DNA of 63,325 bases, filler included, from Platydemus manokwari (Eukaryota): assembly GCA_037951405.1 (NCBI GenBank). It is 6 parts of 6 records of this genome, joined end to end, with 100 filler letters (N's around TTAATTAATTAA, not from the genome) between each part and the next. Parts side by side here need not be neighbours in the genome. Positions count along the whole stretch, not along the records: positions 53,000 to 63,325 come from JBBMOY011145327.1; 5 more parts are not named here. One strand, written 5' to 3'. The notes beneath the pieces are model-generated. The model was not told where the DNA came from. It saw only the letters and a list, made by a program, of their open reading frames with translations, and searched no databases. The translations under genes were made by a program, and so were the position numbers. This document shows, in pieces, positions 54,171 through 63,325 of the stretch (positions are counted from its first letter, which is position 1; each line of letters opens with the position of its first letter).

Positions 54171-54332
54171 CCCTTTCAATAAGACTTTTGGCCAGTGAAA
54201 ATATTTTTGTATAACTGAACTATATGTGCTGCAAATAAATAAAGGAACTTATTTACATAATTTCAGATTTTTAGAAAATATGGTTTTTTGAACATTCTCT
54301 GGGACTTATATATCCCCACAGTATTGAAAGGG
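54171..54332. mobile_element. piggyBac-like MITE (162 bp)
   Basis: TTAA on both sides, 11-bp TIR CCCTTTCAATA/TATTGAAAGGG, and a subterminal palindrome GGGACTTATATATCCCC. Confidence 0.8.
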
Positions 54333-54582
54333 TTAAAGGTCTCACATTAGTAATTTGCATAAACTGTGTATAAGCTGCGGTTTAATTGTGCTCGATTTCT
54401 TGTCTCTAAATCAAAATGTTGCATCTTGTTGCAACGTGGTTCAGAAATTGATTATTTGTCAGCAGATGACAGACAGAATCGTATGGCGATCATTTGAATT
54501 TGTTCTCATCAATTAATGAGTGAGAAATCCACCGATCACATTTGTTAATATATCTAAACACGGTTGATTTATCACAATTATA

Positions 54583-54936
54583 TGCAGTCAACCATGTTCA
54601 ATATGAACCCTATTTAATATGAACACAGTTCAATGTGAACAATTAAGTCGAAAATTATTGGAAATAATATGATTCTCATATTAAATTATGTTTTTTAATA
54701 CGAACACCATTTATTTTTGAATAGTGAACAAAAAATAGTGCAAAATAAATCAATAAATTCTATAATTTTTGTTTAAATATTTAATTATTAACTGTATTTT
54801 ATGAACATGAAAAACACAAATACCTGTTTGTGAAATTTTTGATGTTGTTTTGTTAATAACTGTTCATATTAATTTTTAATATGAACATTTGGAAAAATTG
54901 GAACGCTAGTGTTCATATTGAATAGAGTTGACTGCA
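54583..54936. mobile_element. pogo/Tigger-like MITE (354 bp)
   Basis: TA-TGCAGTCAAC..TTCAATATGAAC and GTTCATATTGAA..GTTGACTGCA-TA ends. AATATGAAC/GTTCATATT is repeated several times subterminally. Confidence 0.8.
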
Positions 54937-55322
54937 TATGAATGCTATTCATATTGGAAACGTTCCAACCTATTTGGAAATAGAATAACTTTTTCACTCT
55001 TTTCAATGATATAAATAACATTATGTGCCGTAAATATCATAAATATAAATGATACAGATCAGTTAGGATAACTTTTAGCACATATATAAAATTATCAAGG
55101 TTCATTCGATCATCTCACGTATTTTTAAAATCGTAGATTGAAAATATTTCCCATGGCGGCTTTCAATGATATGTTACCTCTTAGATACAATATTTTTCTT
55201 TTTCTATAATTTCATCGAATCGTTCACAAACCGATTTGAATAATGTTTGGACCAATATCTTCTAAGATCAAGAAATATCACCAAGTGAATATCAGTTTTT
55301 CATTGGTTTTATTAACTTCTAG

Positions 55323-56977
55323 ATACTACGTATCATTCTTTTCTTGAAGCTTTAAGTTCAAGAAATGAGCATGGTGGCGATTGGGTGATAGAAGAAACTC
55401 AAGAAATTCTCGATCGTCAAGCTGATCGATATCGAAAAATAATTGAAGGTTATTTAATATTTAATATATTTGAGTGATATTGTGTTTGATATTTTATCAA
55501 ATTCATTATCTATGTACTTTTAGTTTGTGTTTCACAATAATACCGATAAAAACATTTGTGGGTGGGAATCTTGAAATCTGAAATTCATATGTTGGTGTGT
55601 TCAATATTTTTGCTGAATTGATCGGCAACAGTAACCACAAGTTATTTTTTTGCGTTAATTACTTAACAACACCATTGGCAACAATGCTATCGATTTCTTC
55701 GGTTAATTTTACAAATACACAAATTATAGTGTGTGTAATTTCGAGAAAAATTAATGTATTGGAAATGGATAGGAAATGATAAATACCATTTATTTATTCT
55801 CGATAAAACTATTAGACAATTCATTCAAAAAATTAAGTTATCAATAAATAATATCGAATTAATTTTTCAACATTTCTTCAAAAACCTTGATGTGACATAT
55901 ACGAGTTTAAATCAATTTTTAAAATATATTTTTTATAGAAAATTTTACGGGTAAATATAATTTTTTTTTTAATTCAGACGAAAAGAAAGAAGCTATGACA
56001 AAGGAAGTCAAGAATCAGAAGCCTGGACAAGTCAAATGCAAAGAGTGAGCAATAATAATGCTTTGCTATTGACTTATTATATCACTTTAACGATTATTTA
56101 GTAGAAAACATAAATGAAAAACAAATTGGTTGGATGCGAAGTAGGCATGAATATAAAGACAATATTTTTGCTCTTCATAAATAAGATTAGAAAACTTGAT
56201 TAGAAAAGTTTTATAATTCTCTGATTTATTTAATTGTATATCTTCGAAACCTTTCTCACAACTTCCAACGATTCAAATCATTTTTATCAAGATCCAAGAG
56301 CGAAACTTTTAACCATTATTTATTCTATTAATTGTAATTGTGTTTCTTGATTAATATTCGTATCGATATGAATAAACTATTTGAATAATATTTAGTTTAT
56401 CCCTGAAACAATGGTTGAACATATATGGTCTTGTACCGCAACATATGACCATTCTTGATGCTCTGGCACCGACAGTGATTAAAGTTAAACCGAAATACAT
56501 TCCAATAATCGATCGTCAAGTGATATCGAAGGTTTTCGAGGAAATCTTTCCAATTTCTCACGTTGTAACCGAAGGATCACCGACAAAAGGTTATAAGCCC
56601 GTTGTGAGACTTGTAAATCCATTAGCCATTGATATACAAGGCTATCAGGATAAATTGGAAAAATTATTGAAAAAATACAAAAAGTCGAGTTGTAATTGGT
56701 TAAAGATGTTTTCATGTTATTTTCTTCAGAAAGTTACGCCAATTAATTAAAGAAAAAATCGGCGATGAAGCATTATCTCAGTTCGATGATATACTGTTAG
56801 GATCTCCTTTGGGTAATGATGATGTAAAGCGATGGATTTTGGAAACTTTCAATAATGCTGATTGGCCAATATGTGAAGATGAGTTGGAAATGTTTCTCAA
56901 GGAAATTTATATTGTAGGCAAAATAATTAATTTTTTCTTACTTTCATAATGTCTCTTTCAAAATAATAATAATAATG

Positions 56978-57011
<34 letters not shown>

Positions 57012-60000
57012 CAATAATAACGGTAATAATAATAATGATGATATATAGCTTATATTTTTTTATCAATGTCATATATTGCTGATTGTCTCGGCCTTTTTCC
57101 CTCTTTCAATGCTCATATGGGTTAACCACCATGGGTATTTTCTCATTTTCTGGTACACTATCTGTTTTCCCACTGTCTGAATAGAGAACTAGCCTACCCA
57201 TGTTATTATGCGCCTCTAAAACTAAAAACAGATAAGAATCAATTTACATTCTAAGGTGTATGTACTGTGCGATTGTAAAATTGTAACAGCATTTATTTCA
57301 TTGTAAAGTTTTGTTAGTACAATTAGTACAGTTGGGCTCGTATTGTAAATAAAAAGCAATTTTATCTCTTAAAAAATTATAAGCTAGTCCTAGTTTGTAC
57401 ATGTTATAACTAACTTATTAAGTAACTTATACTGTATCCCTTAAGTATGTGTGTAATATTAAATATATGATAATGATATCACTAATGACAATAATAATAT
57501 TGGGTGATGCATAAGTTCTTGCGGTTTTTTACAATTATGAAAAATCCATACTGATCAAGAATAAAAACCATGCGAAAAATTCCAGATAACAAAATGATTT
57601 TGTGAAATCATTAGAAATAAGAAATATCTCAATCTCAATAGGTGAGAAATTCTCCGCTACAATGGATCACTTCCTTCCACCTTTCTGGCAGTTTGTCAAT
57701 CCCAGGTTTGAAGAATCTTGTTGATTTTTGTTCGAAAAATTCTTTAATCCACGTTTTTATTGCTTCTTCGTTTTTAAATGAGACCAAAAAGATGGTTCGA
57801 CTTGGAACGGAAAAGATGAAAATCGAAACATTTTGAATTTTTGTGACTTTCTTTGAGAAGGTGAGGTACCCATGATCCAAGCTTTCGAACTTTTCCCATT
57901 TTCTTGAGTTGTCGGGAAATAGTGATGTGATCACAATCCATGCGTTGTTCAAGCGCTTGTGTCGATTAACGCCGATCATCATGAATCAATTGGTTCAAAC
58001 TGTCTTCATCAAAGTCACCAGATCAGCTTAACCGAGGTGCATCGTTTAAATCAAAATGACCACTTTTAAATTTCGAAAACCACTTTTGTGCTGTTCGTTC
58101 ACTGACTCTCTTTTCTCCATAAACGCAACAAATCATTCTGGTGGCTTCTGCAGCATTAAATGTTGATTAGAATAGAAAAGGAGTAGTTGCCGGAAATGTT
58201 CATTTCTATCTTCCTGACACTCCATTTTAATGAGTGTAATGAAAGTGAAAGTCAGTCTAAAATGATTTAAATAGATGATTCAGTTGAATGAAAATAACTC
58301 AAATCAGTTAAAACAAGAAGTTGGTGTGATTTCTCTGCAACAAATAAAACCGCACGAATTTATACACCAACCCAATAATAATTTGGGTGTACGAATACAC
58401 TGAATTTCAAAAGATAACCATCATTTGAAATGAACAAATATTTTTCCTTTCAGTTCTCTTCGAAGAGTTATCTGAATTGAATCGATAATTTGAATTTATT
58501 GGAAATATTGTTACACATTTCTTACATAATGATTTTCTGCATTAGTATAGTTAGGAGAAAATAAATTTCGAACTGAAGAGGAAAATCCATTATTAATAAA
58601 TGATACTGCTTTATTGATAAGCCACTGAAAAAGGTTTAAAACCGTTATATTGATAGATATCAAATAAAATTTTTTTTGGAAATTTAGTCTTTTCTGTAAA
58701 TCTCATAATTACATACGAATAAGAATGGTAGACTGAATCTATGTTAACAACAATAATAATCTGATAAGATTAGATATTACCTATATATCGGAGATGATTG
58801 GATAACGGTCAATTATATTATATTTTATCAATATTATTTATTTTTAGGGCCAAAAATATTTCATTCAAGCTGGTGAATTGCTGAGAATAAGAAAAGGTAG
58901 TCCTGATTTCGGAAATCGAACGGATATCGCTGAAATGGAAGTGAGTTTGCCAGTTTCAGCAAAGTCAAAACAGTCATCAACTTCGTACGATCTAAATAAT
59001 AAAGCTAGTAAATCTGTGAAAGGTCAGAAACAGTTGAAAAACTAAATGACAATGAAAACAAGTTGATAGCTGTGTGAGATATTTGTTGAGAATTGATGAT
59101 AAAAGTTTCTATTAAGTTGTGTTGATTTTCATATTTTGTCTTTGGTTTTTATTTATTAATATTTCTTTATTACCTTGTTTACAAATTCTCTAATTGTAAA
59201 GCAGACTCTTTGTTTTTTTGTGAATGTGTGCAGAGTATATATTATTTTTATATTATCTATCAGTTACGTACGAATAAATTCCATTTTTTTTAAAGATTTG
59301 TTTCGATTTTGTCCGATTACAAAAACTTTTAGGTACTTTTAATGTTTAGTATATTGTCTATGGTGTACACATCCAATCTCCTGTACCATCTTTATGCGAG
59401 CTATTTTAGTATATAAAATGATTTGGTCTTCGATAGATTTTTTGGTTAGTTATGAAATTTAGGATATTAATGTAGTGATTTTCTTGTTTTCATTTGACAT
59501 TCGTATTTTATATGGTGACATTTATCGACATAGCTTATAAACGAGGCATTGCGAAACACGTTATATGATATGAGTAGTTCAAAACTATTCTGAAAATGCT
59601 GCTATAAATTTTGAATTTGAATTATATTCACTGACAGAGCTTTTAAATAAACACTCTCTAATTGGATTTCATTTTTCAATCGAGAAATGCCAACAGAATA
59701 GAACGAGCTATGAAATGGGTCAAAGACAGTGACAAATGAGAAAAAACTTTTAATCAAAACCCGTTAGCAGGAATTGGAAATATTAAATAAATGGAAATGA
59801 AAGTACTTGACATTGATCGAGACACAAAAAATTAACACTACATTTTGAGCGAGTTATGGGCAAAAAATTCCAATCTTTCATGATCGCTAAAGTTTTCATT
59901 ATTTTCATTTCCTCCTTTCTGATGCTGATCCCACTTGTATTTGAGCATTTATTCTAAATCTACTTTTATTTTATCCAATAAATATTTATTGAACCCAACA

Positions 60001-62729
60001 AATTATTTAAGAATTTAAATTTTTGTTGACCTTATTGGTTAAGAATTTAATCTAAAATGGTTCTATCGTGTGTAAATAATCCTGTGTATTTCATAAAGTT
60101 CAAATACTGCAATATTGAAGTGTTACGCTTACATTCACATATTTCGTTGTCTTGGTTTTAATATCAAAATCGACAACAACGTTGGATTGACAACCGATAA
60201 AATCTGATAGCAGAATTCAGGTTATTTTATGAAATGTAGCTGAATTCATAAGACACTTACAAGATTTCATTACCCATTTTGTAGAAATTTTTTATTACTA
60301 TTTTTATGTGTTTGACTTTATAATACTATTTTTGGACAATTCCTAGTCATATAAAAGTAGAACCTGGTTGATATTAAATTATTAATATTAAGATAAAAAT
60401 TCTCAAATGCCTATCAATGTTTTTTATACCACTAAGACTTGTATATATGGGATATCATTTATATTATTATCCATATGATTTCAATACGTTAATCATCATC
60501 CATTTGACGATCCAACTTTCTTTTTTTATAGAAAGATAGCAAGATTGTTCAGAAATAGTTCCACCGAGTCTATGCTATCGTTTAAGAAATTTCTTGATTC
60601 TATGTGTATTTTACGAAATATAATTACATCCGTTGTCTAAAACGGATACGACATTAATTATTGAGAATAAAAGACCATAATATTTAAAATTTTAATTACA
60701 TACTAATTATATACTAACATTGAAAAATTAATTTTTTGTAATAATATTTCTTATACTTCACATGAGATAAGAAAATCAATAAAAATTATTTTATTTTTAA
60801 TTTAAAAAACGTTCTTAAAAGATTTAAATTCTTTAATTTGAACGGTCTTTTGAAATAATTATTTAAAGAAAGATGTCTGACTCTTGAACTGTTTTAAATA
60901 ATAATAATTTTCATTGATAAATAAAAAGAATTAATTTAATCGATTCATTCACAAGATGGAATCATTTAATATCGATTTTAAAATATTGATTTGGAGAAAA
61001 TGAAATATAATGCGAAAAACCTACTACCGGATACAACATGAACTCGCCGTAGTTGAATTTTATTAGAAAATTATTTCAGAATATCAATTTATATTTTCTT
61101 GAATGATTTTTTTGGTATTTGCTCTGACATTTATTTTAGGGTAACGAAGCATATGCAAACCCCACCAATCAGGATCCTTTTTCCACAATGCTATTGGCAG
61201 CAATGAAAGGTGCTACAGTGATAGCTCCAGGACCAGAAGATGGTTATTATTATGAAGGTAACTCACTGACAACTGTACTGTTACCGTTCGATGATTTCTT
61301 CATAAAATTTCAGCTCAAATTATTAATTGGCCCAATTGTCAGAACGTCGAAGTTCAGTTTAACATGTTCGGCGGTGTGACAAATGTTCCCATTGAAGATT
61401 GCATCATCTTGCCTAAGAAACACGTCAATAAGACAGTGAGTCATTCGACAATTTTATCTCAACAAATAATTAAAAATATTGATTATTATTAAAATGTTGT
61501 CCTAATTTATCTTTTGTAAATATTGTTATCTTAATACAATATTCCTGGTCAATGTGTTTACATTGGATAAGATCGAAATAAATATTTGACGGCAAATATC
61601 TATTTATACGAACGGAAACGTGACTAATCTTTTAATTCATGACTATCAAAGAAAAATAAATAAATAAAGAATATTTGAAATCGATGAAGTTTTCGTTTTT
61701 GTTTAATTGTAAAAATATCCGATTTAAGACTACTTATTTGATCTAGTGGAATTTAAATCAATTATTCAATTCATGTAATTATTTACATTGTAAGTCTCAA
61801 CGGTGAAACATATTGTCAACAAATCTCAATCATCCAATGGTCCGAATAGGAATTATCAATCGATTTTCACTGAATATTTTATTAATGATAATTTTTTATG
61901 TAAATTTTTCTGATTTGTTGTACGATTAGTTGGCTTCCATTTAGATATCATGTAAATTTGTTGACATTTCTTAATGTTCCTCTATCGACTTTTCCAGACT
62001 TCTAATCACTTATAGTGATGTATGAATAATCGGGCTATAATCGCGAGTTTTATTTCTTTTCCTATACTAATTTTTCTTAACCCATTTATTCGTAAACACG
62101 TTATCTATACTAGTTGAAATATTCCGCTAGGAATTGATTTTTAACATTATCTCCATGGTTATTATTCACATATTTATCGTAATGATATTTAGAAATATTG
62201 ATATTATCTTGTTACGTATATTATTGGAAAATTGTTTTTTTTTTATTTAAGAAAGAAAATATCATTTATTAGTTGCTAAAATTTCTTCATTTTTCATGTT
62301 TAATTCAAAAGACTTAATTTCATCGCACAAATGATATATTTTTATAATACATGCATTTTAAACAAATATTCGATTATTTTCAACATTCTTTTAAAATTAA
62401 AATTAGTTTGAACATATTTTTAACAAATGAAAATAATTATTTATCTTTCATTAGTCTGGAATGAAAGCTCTTATTAAAGTCTATAACATGGATAACGGTC
62501 GAACATTTTACTTACCTGGCATCATAATCTCTAAATCAATGGATCGGGACACTAAAACAGAAAAATATCTTGTCAATCTCTACAATGGAATTGAAGTTTG
62601 TCTTGTGAATAGTGATAAAATTTCATACATTCACGTTAGAGTAATGTGCGGCCCGATGAAATCGTTGTGATATCGAATGAAACCTATGATAAAATAGTTC
62701 AAAACATCAGAAACAATATGGCTGAGTAA
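55323..62729 (+). CDS. VWA3B: VWA3B-like protein, C-terminal half (including DUF4537-like domain); 5' end unresolved
   Basis: Exons ~55323-55448, 55978-56044, 56396-56683, 56730-56913, 58848-58940, 61140-61257, 61314-61435, 62455-62595, 62640-62729. The segments QWLNIYGLV..TILDAL..YIPIIDRQVISKVFEEIFPISHV..LVNP, DWPICEDELEMFLKEIYIGQKY, GATVIAPGPEDGYYYEA and FYLPGIII match VWA3B C-terminal motifs as I remember them. Confidence 0.78.
57500..58375 (-). mobile_element. Mariner element with internal deletion (876 bp), inside a VWA3B-like intron
   Basis: TA-flanked ~30-bp TIRs TTGGGT(GA/TGG)TG(C/T)ATAA..TGCGGTTTT. Transposase MECQEDRNEHFRQLLLFY..KWFSKFKSG..GSWVPHLL is joined almost directly to DFHLFRS..GIDKLPERWKEVI. 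Stops and frameshifts present. Confidence 0.92.
59640..59870 (+). mobile_element. Possible RTE-type LINE 3' remnant
   Basis: Frameshifted MKWVKTVTNE.. resembles the WxDxVTNEEV motif near RTE ORF ends. Weak evidence. Confidence 0.3.
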
Positions 62730-63325
62730 TTATTTTCTTTAATTGTCGAATATAATATGATATTAATATCACTGAAGTGAATATTCCTCTTTGAATACGA
62801 ATTCAATGTCAACGAATATTGTATCGTTTAGTGAATCGAAAATTCAGAACCTTTCTACATCAGCAGAAATTGCAGATTTAAATACCATGACAAAGGTTAT
62901 TGAATTGATTTTTCTAAAAGCTATATAAATGAGACAAAATCAGTACGAAATCGATATGTGTTTATCTTTTAATCGGTCTATATACGACAATATTGATAGG
63001 GTTTAAAAAAGCTTTTTCGACAATTGCAAATGACAACTGTAGTAACGATATCTGAATATCCGTTAAAATGCATGGTTATATTTTTGGACCTTGCTAAAAA
63101 TAGTTGTCAGAAGAAAAATATAGTTGGCATTATGAATCAATTTGGCGGATACATATTGTTTGCTCCAATAAACAGGATGAGAAAATGATAATAATGAATA
63201 ATTCGGAATGAATGAATTTTAAAATATGGAGTATCCAAGGAAATATACATATACTGGTCGACAAGATGTTTAACCCGGTCTTAATTAGTATACATTAAGG
63301 CGTTTTCCCAATTATTATTGTTGAA

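Noticed and set aside
62085-62115. Weak hairpin followed by CTAGT (Helitron 3' end-like)
   Set aside because: The stem is too short and no matching 5' end or second copy was found.

Overview
Very AT-rich eukaryotic (animal) genomic scaffold with many 41-60 nt GT-AG introns, (ATT)n microsatellites and five artificial 100-bp gap spacers. A planarian or other flatworm source is plausible, but that is inference only. Host genes I could model: (1) a minus-strand plakin-family gene, 9529 to beyond base 1. Its short spectrin-repeat/SH3 head is spliced onto one uninterrupted exon of >5.7 kb. That exon encodes a hierarchical array of Gln-anchored (TQT/QVG-like) motifs and is absent from the ORF track because it runs off the window. 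(2) A secreted PAN/apple-like plus TCAF-N-like protein. (3) Galactose mutarotase (GALM), head-to-head with (4) an atypical RRM protein with a Q/N/M/Y-rich tail. (5) A Tlx homeobox gene. (6) A VWA3B-like gene of which only the C-terminal half is visible. The remainder is mostly transposon material: mariner elements and MITEs, hAT/Charlie, pogo-like and piggyBac-like MITEs, Ty3/gypsy and LINE relics, and a decayed Polinton/adintovirus-type pPolB preceded by a ~108-bp hairpin. The best candidate for an undescribed system is the mini-plakin with an extremely multivalent, putative dynein-light-chain (LC8)-binding tail. All family assignments come from manual translation and remembered family motifs, not from database searches.
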